Position numbers and translations under genes: made by a program
IMG/VR virus record: IMGVR_UViG_3300018080_000343
Location: 1-37,547 of that record
Reading direction: 5' to 3' (one strand)
Length of the DNA: 37,547 nucleotides
Origin: a virus
Taxonomy: Duplodnaviria > Caudoviricetes
In this document: piece after piece, positions 24,401 to 33,333 of the stretch
Position numbering within the stretch: position 1 is the first letter of the stretch
Layout of the letters: each line of letters starts with the position of its first letter
The notes under the pieces: generated by a model
What the model saw: only the letters and a program-made list of their open reading frames with translations
Told to the model about the DNA's origin: nothing
Databases searched by the model: none

Positions 24401-24912
24401 GCGAACGCCAGCAACGATTCCAAATCGCCAGAGTCCCCGCCCGCTGCTTCGATTTGTTTCTTCACCTCGTCCAGAGCCCCGCGTTTGAAGTCCCCCTCCG
24501 GCATGTCTTGGATCGCCCGAAACATCGGCAGTATCGGCTCGATCACTTCCCACATGTCGCGGATCATCGTCGCGTCGCTGTGGATCGTCTGCCCCTTCTT
24601 CCGTCTCTCCAAATTCGACCGCATCGCGGACATCGTGCTCTTCGGGAAAAAATCCGCAAGTGCAGCCTCCACCGCTGCACGTCCTTTTGCGATCGCGTCA
24701 CCTCGCATCATCTTTGCGAATTGCCGGAAGTCTTGCTCACACACAATGGCGAGAACCTTGACGAGAAGCACATCATCAACCATCACGCGATAGTAGCCAT
24801 CGGCCCCCAGGTCCGCGAGGTCCACGTCACAATCCAATCTGAGTTGATCAAGGATAAACGCATCGAACGTCAATGCGTGCTCTGTCCCGCCGCTGTCTTT
24901 GAATGTCGCCAT
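24319..24912 (-). CDS. tail assembly chaperone (G-like)
   Basis: MATFKDSGGTEH start, ALADFFP motif, position upstream of the tape measure gene. Confidence 0.7.
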   Translation of the reverse strand: MATFKDSGGTEHALTFDAFILDQLRLDCDVDLADLGADGYYRVMVDDVLLVKVLAIVCEQDFRQFAKMMRGDAIAKGRAAVEAALADFFPKSTMSAMRSNLERRKKGQTIHSDATMIRDMWEVIEPILPMFRAIQDMPEGDFKRGALDEVKKQIEAAGGDSGDLESLLAFASAGGPDATLPKPATDSAENAEPVPAS

Positions 24913-24923
24913 TGCCGCCGCCT

Positions 24924-25568
24924 TTAAGGTGTCGCGTCGAGTCCAACCAGGATATAGATAGTTGCCGCCTCTTCGCTATCGTGACTCGCGAAGGCTTTTG
25001 TGATTGCATTTCCGCTGTATGTGTTCGAATCGCCAGCGTCCACGTTCACGACTTGGTTGAGACCGCCCGCCGCTTTTTCGTGAACAAGATCAACCTCGTT
25101 GATACTGTTGCTCCCGCTGTCCTGAAAATCAACATGGGCCTTCGCCCCGGTGTCATCGGTGTTGCGGTAAAACACACCGATGATATCGATATTGTCGCCA
25201 TCGAAAGAGCAATTGATCCGCGTCCGCGTCGTCACAGTGATTGCGGTATCCTGCACTGGCAGGTTATCGCCGGCCCCGCCGTCAATCGTCACTTCGTTTC
25301 CGCTGACGCTGGCTGTCATGCCATACCGAACGCCGCCGCTCCAATACACATCAACGGTGTTGCCATCGCCAATTGTGTGACCAGATGTAAGCGAAGCCAC
25401 GCCAGTATCATTGTCGGTGCGAGTTGATAGCGTGCCGGTGTTGTTGGAGTTGATTGCAGCCAACGTAACTTCATAAGCGTCAGCACGGTCAAACGAAACA
25501 TTCGCAGCATTATCCGAGAAGCTATGGTCCGGGAACGAAAACGTCTTGCGATAATTGCCAGTAGGCAT
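24924..25568 (-). CDS. putative virion structural protein
   Basis: Thr/Ser/Gly/Asp-rich beta protein inside the tail operon; GAGGTG RBS. Confidence 0.6.
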   Translation of the reverse strand: MPTGNYRKTFSFPDHSFSDNAANVSFDRADAYEVTLAAINSNNTGTLSTRTDNDTGVASLTSGHTIGDGNTVDVYWSGGVRYGMTASVSGNEVTIDGGAGDNLPVQDTAITVTTRTRINCSFDGDNIDIIGVFYRNTDDTGAKAHVDFQDSGSNSINEVDLVHEKAAGGLNQVVNVDAGDSNTYSGNAITKAFASHDSEEAATIYILVGLDATP

Positions 25569-25579
25569 TATTCACCTCA

Positions 25580-25969
25580 CTAGGCCGCAGTGCCATCATA
25601 CAATGCGACGCAGTAAATCGTTGCTGTGCTGCCGGAGGCGTTCGTGATAAACACGCTCGTCACGTCAGTGCCCAACAAAAATGAATCATAGGAATTTGTG
25701 TGCCAGACATACGGCTCGTTGGCTCGCAGCGAAATAGTATCGTCTGGGCTTGATCCGTCGTTGGTTTCAAATGTCACGTCCTGCGTGCTGACAAGGAAAA
25801 ATGATTTGCACTTTGATACGTCCAGTGCGAATTCGACTTCCTGATCCGTCTGGCTGTCGGCTACGGTTTCGCCGTCGATCAGCACAACGCCGGTATCCGT
25901 CGAGCTAATGTCGTAGCTCTTCGAAATGCCAGAGCCCTCGACAGCCAGGGTGAGTTTATGCGTCGACAT
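25580..25969 (-). CDS. putative virion structural protein (related to 24924-25568)
   Basis: Beta-rich 129 aa; C-terminus similar to the neighbouring gene. Confidence 0.6.
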   Translation of the reverse strand: MSTHKLTLAVEGSGISKSYDISSTDTGVVLIDGETVADSQTDQEVEFALDVSKCKSFFLVSTQDVTFETNDGSSPDDTISLRANEPYVWHTNSYDSFLLGTDVTSVFITNASGSTATIYCVALYDGTAA

Positions 25970-26192
25970 CTTCTGTCTCCTCGCTTTCTGGTTCGCCGCC
26001 TAAGATCATCTGAATCGAGACGGTTTCGAATGGTGGTTCTTCGCCGACATCGGAAAACCAAAGTTCGCCGTGGTACAGTCGGTCGGACATTTCCATGCGG
26101 CCAATAAAGCCGTCGAAAATTCGACCGGTATCGGTGTCTAATTTTCCCTTCGCCGCGAACAGTTGCCGCAACGTGTCTTTTGTGACCTTCAT
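25956..26192 (-). CDS. hypothetical protein
   Basis: 78-aa co-oriented ORF, tightly packed. Confidence 0.5.
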   Translation of the reverse strand: MKVTKDTLRQLFAAKGKLDTDTGRIFDGFIGRMEMSDRLYHGELWFSDVGEEPPFETVSIQMILGGEPESEETEDVDA

Positions 26193-26196
26193 GTTT

Positions 26197-26385
26197 TCAC
26201 CATGTCAAAATTGCAACAAACAGAACGATTGCAATTAAAAACCATCCTACCATATACCAGCATGACTTATGACTTTCTTTTTCGATGCGCTGAAATATCG
26301 TAATTTCGCGACGTATCAAATTGCGATACCGTTCCTCTGACATCCAACTTGGGCGATGCGGTATTTTCGGCGGAACCCATCCCAT
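26197..26385 (-). CDS. small C-terminal TM protein
   Basis: 62 aa ending WYMVGWFLIAIVLFVAILTW; locally AT-rich. Confidence 0.5.
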   Translation of the reverse strand: MGWVPPKIPHRPSWMSEERYRNLIRREITIFQRIEKESHKSCWYMVGWFLIAIVLFVAILTW

Positions 26386-26386
26386 G

Positions 26387-26824
26387 TTACGTACCTACCG
26401 TCCAGTCCCGTCCTTCGTCGTCTGTCGGGTGCCCAGTGAATTCAACAACCATACCGTCCTTCAGTCCACCAGGCGAAGAATCTTCAAGGTAACAGTCGCC
26501 GTCGAATTCCGTTTCGCCGCCGCTGTAGCGAACAATCTTAATCGCGATTGCAGCCCCGGTTCTCGATGCCACAAGGAAGGCAGCCATGTTGGCATCGCTA
26601 TCTTTGTAGATCATCGAAAATGTTAGGTTGTTGATGGCAAGCGCAACCGGCTGCTCGGTTTTTTTTGGCAAGTTTGTGCCCGCACCGCGATCAGTATGCT
26701 CATTGAACTCAGGGCCAGTGTCGATGTTGATATCAACCACGTTGTCGTCAACAGAAGTTGACGCAGTGGAGCCGGCGGTCCCACGATACAACATCCGTTC
26801 CCAGCCCGCTCGTTTTTTGGCCAT
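26387..26824 (-). CDS. tail tube (major tail) protein
   Basis: MAKKRAGWERMLYRGTAGS...LTFSMIYK...FDGDC...MVVEFT; tube-like size and position; AGGAG RBS before ATG 26824. Confidence 0.7.
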   Translation of the reverse strand: MAKKRAGWERMLYRGTAGSTASTSVDDNVVDINIDTGPEFNEHTDRGAGTNLPKKTEQPVALAINNLTFSMIYKDSDANMAAFLVASRTGAAIAIKIVRYSGGETEFDGDCYLEDSSPGGLKDGMVVEFTGHPTDDEGRDWTVGT

Positions 26825-26835
26825 AGCAAAATCTC

Positions 26836-27267
26836 CTACGTAAGAGCCGCCCGCCAATCGCGGTGGAAACGGCCAAGGTTTCGTTCTAGTGCCGGAGCAA
26901 CGATAGGCCGCTCCGGATACTTGGTTCTGATTATCATGCCCGATGGCAGGTCAACATCTTCCATCAAACCGTGCTCGTGCGTGGCTGCGACGTGCCCGAC
27001 TTTCGATTTGCGAAAGCCTACCAGAATAGAAGTCGGCAGATCGTCATAGACAACCCAAACCGCACGCTTGAAAAATCCGGGCTGATGCTGGAAAGGCGTT
27101 TCACCTGGCTCGGCTGTTTTTGATGGGTCGCTTCGGTGACGAATTGACTTTTTGATTTCCTTCGCAAGTGATCGGCCGGCGTGCTTAAAGGTTTCGTACT
27201 CGCCTTTTTCGACGCGACGTAGCACGGCGGGAGTGTTGTTTTTGAATTCAACTTTCGAGCCCATCAT
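26836..27267 (-). CDS. neck/tail-completion protein (HK97 gp10-like)
   Basis: Basic protein with THEHG and YPERPIVAPAL motifs. Confidence 0.65.
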   Translation of the reverse strand: MMGSKVEFKNNTPAVLRRVEKGEYETFKHAGRSLAKEIKKSIRHRSDPSKTAEPGETPFQHQPGFFKRAVWVVYDDLPTSILVGFRKSKVGHVAATHEHGLMEDVDLPSGMIIRTKYPERPIVAPALERNLGRFHRDWRAALT

Positions 27268-27638
27268 TGCGTCACCTCTTGCGAGTGACAAAGCCACTGA
27301 TAGCCGGCGTGTTCTTCAACGGCCGGTTGCTTCTGGGATGCCGTCGGTGGGCAGATTTCCCAAGTCGCACCGTCCGCTGTGATAATCATTCCGGCTGTCG
27401 GCTCAACCGTATTGCTGCCGATCACGCAATCTGACTTCAACAGATACCAGTCACGTATCCGCCGCTTAATGTTCATGCCGGTTTCAAACTCGATGCTCTC
27501 ATACTCGACGTCGCAATACGCCGCGTCGAAAGCATCGCTAGTGTTTACTCCACTCGTCAACGTAACGCTCACACCGTGCTGCTCCTGATGCTGCGGCACG
27601 GCGTAAGACGTTCGCGTTAGTTCGTGAAGATTCGGCAT
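27264..27638 (-). CDS. head closure/head-tail joining protein
   Basis: 124-aa beta protein after the major capsid gene; EPTAGMIITADGATWEI motif. Confidence 0.6.
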   Translation of the reverse strand: MPNLHELTRTSYAVPQHQEQHGVSVTLTSGVNTSDAFDAAYCDVEYESIEFETGMNIKRRIRDWYLLKSDCVIGSNTVEPTAGMIITADGATWEICPPTASQKQPAVEEHAGYQWLCHSQEVTQ

Positions 27639-27640
27639 GG

Positions 27641-28681
27641 TTACGCAGTTACGGCGGTTACGAGGTGCCCTGCTTCTTTGTGGATCATTTTGATTCCACG
27701 CTTATTGCGAGGACGAAGGAACTTGCCACGTGTTTTCTCGTCTTCGTATTCGTCGAAGATAAGAGAATCCTCACCGGCCATGTCCGAACCCGGCAACGGG
27801 TAGTTGTTCTTTGTGCAGAACAACGTTCTTCCGATGTGGGGCCGCGGCATTTCCAAGTCGCCCGTCCATCCGTCATCTTCGATTCGGCAGACGAGGCAAA
27901 GCGTCGTGTCCCAGAAGTCGGTAAACGATGGGGATGTATTGCCCTTCGGCTTGGAATTATAGGCCGCATCGCCAACGAGAATTTCTTGGAGTTGCAGCAA
28001 CTCAAGCAGCCCCGAAGTAACTTGTCGAACAGCACCGATATCCTGAGCCCCTTGGAGAGCGTTGAGGAGAATCTGGACGCCGTCGTATTTGAGAACGCCA
28101 GTCACCGCATCGGTGCGAAGCATCGCACGGTAAGCGGTGTAAGACATGACGGCATGCGTCGCCCGATAGCCGCATTGACTCTTGACCGAATCACTCGCCG
28201 AGTCGATATCGGCAATCGGCGTACCGCTTGCCGCAGTTGACCAAGCACCGCCGGTTGCAGTCGACTTGCCCGACCATACCGCCGCGCGAAAACAAGCGTG
28301 GGCAATGTCGTATTCGAGCCGGCGAAGCATGCGCCAGATTGCCCGTTCGCGGGCGATGGCTTCGACGCGGATCAAGTCGCCCCAGCGTTCAACTTTGCCG
28401 TAGTCAACTCGTTCTTCGACACCATGTTCAACAGTGTTGTAGTCGTCTTCGGTGAAACGACCTTCGTCGCGTCGATAAGTGCCGTCGAGGTTTCGGCGAG
28501 TGTCTTCGATGTTATGCTCGATGTGCTCTACATCAAGCCGTTGAAACTTCGCATTTTCTTGCGTCACACCAAGCGGCGGCAAGACGCGAAGTCCGATGTA
28601 TCCGCTCGCCATGACGCGGCTGGAAAACTCGGCATAGGTCAGCGACAGATCCCGCCGAGTGATGTTCGTGGTAGTATCCAT
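27641..28681 (-). CDS. major capsid protein (lambda gpE-like)
   Basis: 346 aa downstream of the protease and decoration genes; YIGLRVLP, EHGVEERV, PIADI, ILVGDAAYN motifs. Confidence 0.8.
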   Translation of the reverse strand: MDTTTNITRRDLSLTYAEFSSRVMASGYIGLRVLPPLGVTQENAKFQRLDVEHIEHNIEDTRRNLDGTYRRDEGRFTEDDYNTVEHGVEERVDYGKVERWGDLIRVEAIARERAIWRMLRRLEYDIAHACFRAAVWSGKSTATGGAWSTAASGTPIADIDSASDSVKSQCGYRATHAVMSYTAYRAMLRTDAVTGVLKYDGVQILLNALQGAQDIGAVRQVTSGLLELLQLQEILVGDAAYNSKPKGNTSPSFTDFWDTTLCLVCRIEDDGWTGDLEMPRPHIGRTLFCTKNNYPLPGSDMAGEDSLIFDEYEDEKTRGKFLRPRNKRGIKMIHKEAGHLVTAVTA

Positions 28682-28733
28682 TCGGTTTCTCCCTTTCTAA
28701 AGGCCGTAGCGTTACCACTCGGCGTTTTAATGG

Positions 28734-29126
28734 TTACGATGCGACTCGTTTCGGCAGGTATTGAGCCAATACTTCGTCACCGGCTGCCACTGCGGCTTCC
28801 AGGGCAATGCCCCATTGAACGCCGCTTACGGTATCGTCAACTCGCCCGTTCGTCGCCGGGTAAAGCGTCGCGTAAGCCGAAAACGCACCGGCTGCAACCA
28901 CACGATAAACCTTGCCGGCAACCAGCGGTTCGCAGCTTACAACCTCGTCCACCGAGCCGTAGAATTGTGCCGTTGATAAGCCGGCCTGCGTTTGCAGATC
29001 CGTGGTACCATTCGTCGCCAACTTCACGTCGCCGTCAGCATCGCGTGTCAGGCGAAGGTTAGGACCAATATCCCGTCCCTTGTTGTTCGGGATCGGGAAT
29101 GCACCTTCGTAAGCAAGTGCGGGCAT
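28734..29126 (-). CDS. capsid decoration/cement protein (DUF2190-like)
   Basis: VVAAGAFSAYATLY...GRV...GIALEAAVAAGDEV; start moved to ATG 29126 behind AAGGGAG. Confidence 0.75.
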   Translation of the reverse strand: MPALAYEGAFPIPNNKGRDIGPNLRLTRDADGDVKLATNGTTDLQTQAGLSTAQFYGSVDEVVSCEPLVAGKVYRVVAAGAFSAYATLYPATNGRVDDTVSGVQWGIALEAAVAAGDEVLAQYLPKRVAS

Positions 29127-29176
29127 TTTATTTCTCCCTTTGGTTAAGTTCAGGTGACTTGGTTCATGCTCGCGTG

Positions 29177-30667
29177 TTAGCTTACAGCGGTAACGCCGAG
29201 CGCGTCGAAACGTTCGTTGAGCGATCGCTTCGCGTATTGGGTGTTGTTTGTGGCCAGCAAGTACGCTTGAGCCAGTTTGGGATTCCGGCGCCGCACTGCG
29301 TCGACCGCCTGCAGCCGTTCGCAACGATAACGCTCCATGTGAGCGATGACAGCCGAATCGAAATCTTCGATCGGATCACCGGTTTCGCCAGCATCACTGG
29401 AAGACTCGACGGTAAGAGGTTGCCAACCGGTTCCGGCCGACGGTGCCGACGACTTCGCGGCTTGAGCTTCTTCCAACTCTTTCTTATGCCGCTCTTCGGC
29501 TTCGGCTGCTTTGCTCTCGACGTGCTGGGCATACGCCTTCGAGGCGTCGAGCATTGTTGCCCCGGCTTCCAGTTGCGACAGAATCCAATCGCTGCCGGCG
29601 TTCGGGAAAGCCGCTTTCAATTCAGCAAGTGTAGCAGGTTCCATCTTTTTGGTCTCCTTTGCTACGGGGGTTAAGACTTGTGCCGGTTGCGGCTTCCGCG
29701 TACCGACTAGATCACGTACAGCGTTAAGCGCTTGGCCGTAGGTGCCAATCTGATCAATCAGCCCCGCAGCTTTCGCGTCATCTGCAAAAATCACCCGGCC
29801 GTCGGCGAGTGGCCGCACGCTTTCGACCGGGCGGTTCCGACCAGCAGCAATGAGGAGGAGGTAGTTTTCATTCAGCCGGTCAACGATTCTTTGTATCTCA
29901 TTGATTTGTTCTTCGGTAATTTGTGTTCCCGGCTCGCCCATGCCTTTAAATTCGCCGGCCTTGACCACAATCACCTTAACGCCAAGTTGATCCGCTCGCC
30001 CGCTCATGTCTTCCAGGACGGCGTAGGTGCCCATTGCCCCATACATCGCAGCACTATTGTTGGCCCATATCTGCGTTGTCTGGCTGATCACGCTGACGCC
30101 GGCTGATGCGGTCATGTCCTCGACAAATCCGACAATCGGTTTTTCCTGGGCGAACCGTCGCACCTCGTCAGCAAGATCGCTATTCCCTCTGGCTGTTCCG
30201 CCAGGGGTGTCCATGTAAAGCAAAGCCCCGCCGATATCCGCCGACCGCCTCGCCGCCCTGAGTTGCTGGCGAAGACGAACGGTTGATGTGCCCTCTGCCA
30301 GGGAAGATACCTGTTTCATCATCGGGCCATTGACGCGAAGGATTGCAATGCCGTCGTCGGTGGATTCGTACGTGACCGCTGATTGCTGCTTGACCACATC
30401 GGCTGCTTGCTGGCTCTGAATATGGGCATGAAGATTGATGCCTTGCACTCGCTGGACAGCGTTGCGAAACGACTCTGGCTCAATCATCCAAATGCCGAAA
30501 TGATCAAACAGGTTTGGCACTTGGACGCTGAAGTTCGGCATCAAAATAAAATCATCTTCTGCGTGAGGATCTCCAGCGTGTGCCCGTTCGCAGGCTTCTT
30601 TTGTATCGTACTGACAGGGGCCGTTTCCCCATTGCCACTTGCCGTTGTCGCACTGCTTGCAAGGCAT
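29177..30667 (-). CDS. S49 (SppA/gpC-like) prohead protease with C-terminal scaffold region
   Basis: IAILRVNGPMMK, LYMDTPGG, MTASAG, KAGEFKG, ADGRV..A..A...GLID; C-terminal PATLAELKAAFP region. Confidence 0.88.
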   Translation of the reverse strand: MPCKQCDNGKWQWGNGPCQYDTKEACERAHAGDPHAEDDFILMPNFSVQVPNLFDHFGIWMIEPESFRNAVQRVQGINLHAHIQSQQAADVVKQQSAVTYESTDDGIAILRVNGPMMKQVSSLAEGTSTVRLRQQLRAARRSADIGGALLYMDTPGGTARGNSDLADEVRRFAQEKPIVGFVEDMTASAGVSVISQTTQIWANNSAAMYGAMGTYAVLEDMSGRADQLGVKVIVVKAGEFKGMGEPGTQITEEQINEIQRIVDRLNENYLLLIAAGRNRPVESVRPLADGRVIFADDAKAAGLIDQIGTYGQALNAVRDLVGTRKPQPAQVLTPVAKETKKMEPATLAELKAAFPNAGSDWILSQLEAGATMLDASKAYAQHVESKAAEAEERHKKELEEAQAAKSSAPSAGTGWQPLTVESSSDAGETGDPIEDFDSAVIAHMERYRCERLQAVDAVRRRNPKLAQAYLLATNNTQYAKRSLNERFDALGVTAVS

Positions 30668-30669
30668 AT

Positions 30670-32490
30670 CTATTTCTCCTCGTCTTCACCTTCTGGTTGC
30701 ATCGGCTGTCCTTGTTGATCAACCGACTTTGCCTCAGACTCGCCGCCGATGCTGCCAGTGAGAGCAACCTGTACGCCTCCGGTTTGATTGCCGTAGGCCA
30801 ACTCGCGAGCAAGTGCGGGGATCTCCGACTCGTCGATGCGATCGGAGAATCGCTTTTGTAGGAGAACCGCTTGTTCAAATCCTTCGCCGAGCCACGAAGC
30901 ACGGTCGCCGATTACCTCTCGCCGGTGATCGTCGTAATCAACGCCGCGGTTCGCCAAGATGCGACGCAACGATTTAAGATTTCGTTTCTCCGCGAGGTCT
31001 TCAGCCGCAGCATCTTCAAGCGGCTTTACGTAGGGCCAGCCGGTCGGGCGGAAGACATAGCGAAACGGATTGGCACCTCGTTCAACGGCTGTCGCTAACG
31101 CCCGGTCGAATAGCGGATGTCCAGGCGTCAATCGTTGCCGAGTGCGGATCTCGTAGGTCGGTCCCCAAAGCCCCTTGCGTTGCATGTCCTGGAGTTGGGT
31201 GAAGCGGAGCCGGATTTGATCGGTGATCATTCGGCCGCCGTGGAAGTTGACCTTCGAGCCGTCGAGAAGAAGGAACATCAGCGGGATATCGAGATTCACG
31301 CTTAGCATCGTAAGCATAAGCGAAGCATGTTCGAACCATTGCGGAGTCGGGATGTTCGCGTCAACGCCTTTCATCGTTTTGCCGATCGGCAAATCAAAAA
31401 CTTGAGCCGGTTGTCCGGCTTGCTCAACGATAATTGATCGCAAGCCGAGCCCGTGATCTGTCGCGTATCGGTCGCCAGCTTGCGGAATACCGCTGTCCTC
31501 TCTGTCTTTTTCAGCCGTGAATGGGTTTTGGCCGGTCTGCTCTTTTTCTTCGAGCCAGTAGGACAACAGGGCCCGTTTCAGCATCGACTTGATGTGAGCA
31601 AAGTTGCTGTCTTCGAATCCATTCATCGCATCTCGCGGCGGCGAAAATCTGGAAATGCCGCGGCGTTGCTGGAATCGGTGCATAAACCCGATGTGAAAAA
31701 CGATCTTATTTCCATCTTGGTCGGTCGCCTCGAAGAATCGTGACTTGTGCCGCTGAGTGATCGAGCCGTATGGGCTGACGTAATTTGGGGTCAGCCAGTA
31801 GCCGGCTACCCTGCCGCCGCGAATCTCGACGCCGTGAATAATGCCGTTGTCAGCCTCGCCCGTCGCACGATGGCCGTAGGGATTGCGAAGGTGGTGCGAC
31901 TCGAAGGTTTGTAGCCGGCCGTCGAACAGCGGCAGATGGATGATATCCCCGTCAACCACCTGGCTGAAAAATGATTGGCAAGCCAACGCCGCAAAATCTC
32001 GCTCGCCCTCATAGTCGCACAGATTGCGGCCAGCCTGCGTCTCGCCGGTGAAAAGCAACCAGTCAGCTTTCTGGTCGGCGTCTAATGTTGGGTCGCCTGA
32101 ATTCACGTCGAGCGTGAATTCACCAAGCCGCAGATTTGCACCGAGCCGATTCACACCAGACTCGACAAGTGGATGGTTTCGGACAGCCGCCCGGCCGCGT
32201 TCTACCATGAGGAAGTAGTTGCGTTCGGTCGCGAAATGCGTATCGGCGTCGGTGCCGAGAGGATTGACCCCTCGTGGCACGGGGTTCATGCGGTCCGACT
32301 CGCCGGCGTAATAGGACGAGCGGGCCTCCAGGTGATCGCGTTCGAGCCGAAATAGCCGCTCGAATAGCTCTGTCGATTCTCGCGGTGACACTGCCCACTG
32401 ACGCGATGTGTCCGGTTTCGTCGTGGGGGCTGACCGGTAATAGCTTGTCGTCAGCGTCAGTTTCCCGTTGTCATTGTTGCCACTCATCAC
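30670..32490 (-). CDS. portal protein (lambda gpB family)
   Basis: AVRNHPLV, VVDGD, IIHGVE, QQRRGISRFSP, VNFHGGR, WPYVKPLED motifs; position between terminase and protease. Confidence 0.85.
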   Translation of the reverse strand: MMSGNNDNGKLTLTTSYYRSAPTTKPDTSRQWAVSPRESTELFERLFRLERDHLEARSSYYAGESDRMNPVPRGVNPLGTDADTHFATERNYFLMVERGRAAVRNHPLVESGVNRLGANLRLGEFTLDVNSGDPTLDADQKADWLLFTGETQAGRNLCDYEGERDFAALACQSFFSQVVDGDIIHLPLFDGRLQTFESHHLRNPYGHRATGEADNGIIHGVEIRGGRVAGYWLTPNYVSPYGSITQRHKSRFFEATDQDGNKIVFHIGFMHRFQQRRGISRFSPPRDAMNGFEDSNFAHIKSMLKRALLSYWLEEKEQTGQNPFTAEKDREDSGIPQAGDRYATDHGLGLRSIIVEQAGQPAQVFDLPIGKTMKGVDANIPTPQWFEHASLMLTMLSVNLDIPLMFLLLDGSKVNFHGGRMITDQIRLRFTQLQDMQRKGLWGPTYEIRTRQRLTPGHPLFDRALATAVERGANPFRYVFRPTGWPYVKPLEDAAAEDLAEKRNLKSLRRILANRGVDYDDHRREVIGDRASWLGEGFEQAVLLQKRFSDRIDESEIPALARELAYGNQTGGVQVALTGSIGGESEAKSVDQQGQPMQPEGEDEEK

Positions 32491-32822
32491 GCCCTCTTCC
32501 GATAAGTGGACACGGTGTCGTCGTACTTCCCGAAGTCGCTGAAATCAGCGTGCAGGACTGCAGGACGGGCCTTGCGCTGAGCCTCCGTCTGTGAGCGATT
32601 GGCTGCAATCCACTGCAAACAGCGGTCTAGCTGCTCGCCAAGCGTTTGCATATTCCAAGCGTATTGATTACTGCCCTCGGAGGAACTCTGCACTTGGCCA
32701 AGCATAGCCCGGAGTGCTTTCGCGTGCCGCTTAGCGTCGGCGAGAGACTGGTCTACGTCGTAGCCCAGAGTGTCTTCGTAGACCGTTTTAACGCCCGATG
32801 GGGTAGAAAAATCGTCTGCCAT
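32487..32822 (-). CDS. putative head completion protein (gpW-like position)
   Basis: 111 aa directly upstream of the portal gene with GTGA overlap. Confidence 0.5.
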   Translation of the reverse strand: MADDFSTPSGVKTVYEDTLGYDVDQSLADAKRHAKALRAMLGQVQSSSEGSNQYAWNMQTLGEQLDRCLQWIAANRSQTEAQRKARPAVLHADFSDFGKYDDTVSTYRKRA

Positions 32823-32982
32823 ACCTTTCGAAAATAGGCTAAGCAGACGATTAAGGGCAATAGAAAGAGAAGATTACAGACTTGGTATTCTTGGTAAAGC
32901 GTTAAATAGTGGCCATCCAAGCCGCACCAGCCCCCATGAGAGTCGCAAAGATCATAAGTAACGATAGTTTCCATAGCATCAT

Positions 32983-33318
32983 TTAATCCTCAAAAAAAGA
33001 ATCCCGCTCGCCGCCATTGCAAACGTCGTGCAGTTGCTCAAATAGCCACTGGGCTGCGTGTCGCCGATCAGTGACTCTACGGCCAGAAGAAAGGACCGTC
33101 TGGGCCCTGTCGAGTGCGATCGCCAGCCCGCCGAGTGCCGCCGCCTCCCGCTTACCGAGATGCACGTTGACATGGTAAGTGCTCACGTTATCCGGTAGCT
33201 GATCCACCTCCGGCAGCCGGACAACTAACCCCGGCTCGTTTTTTACTTGTGCCCGCATCTGTTCAACCTCCTCGGTTAGCGTTGCAACCTGTTGCTCTAA
33301 TTCCGCTTTTGTTGGCAT
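32983..33318 (-). CDS. hypothetical protein
   Basis: GAGGAGG RBS; N-terminal coiled coil. Confidence 0.6.
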   Translation of the reverse strand: MPTKAELEQQVATLTEEVEQMRAQVKNEPGLVVRLPEVDQLPDNVSTYHVNVHLGKREAAALGGLAIALDRAQTVLSSGRRVTDRRHAAQWLFEQLHDVCNGGERDSFFED

Positions 33319-33333
33319 GGTTTTACCTCCTCG

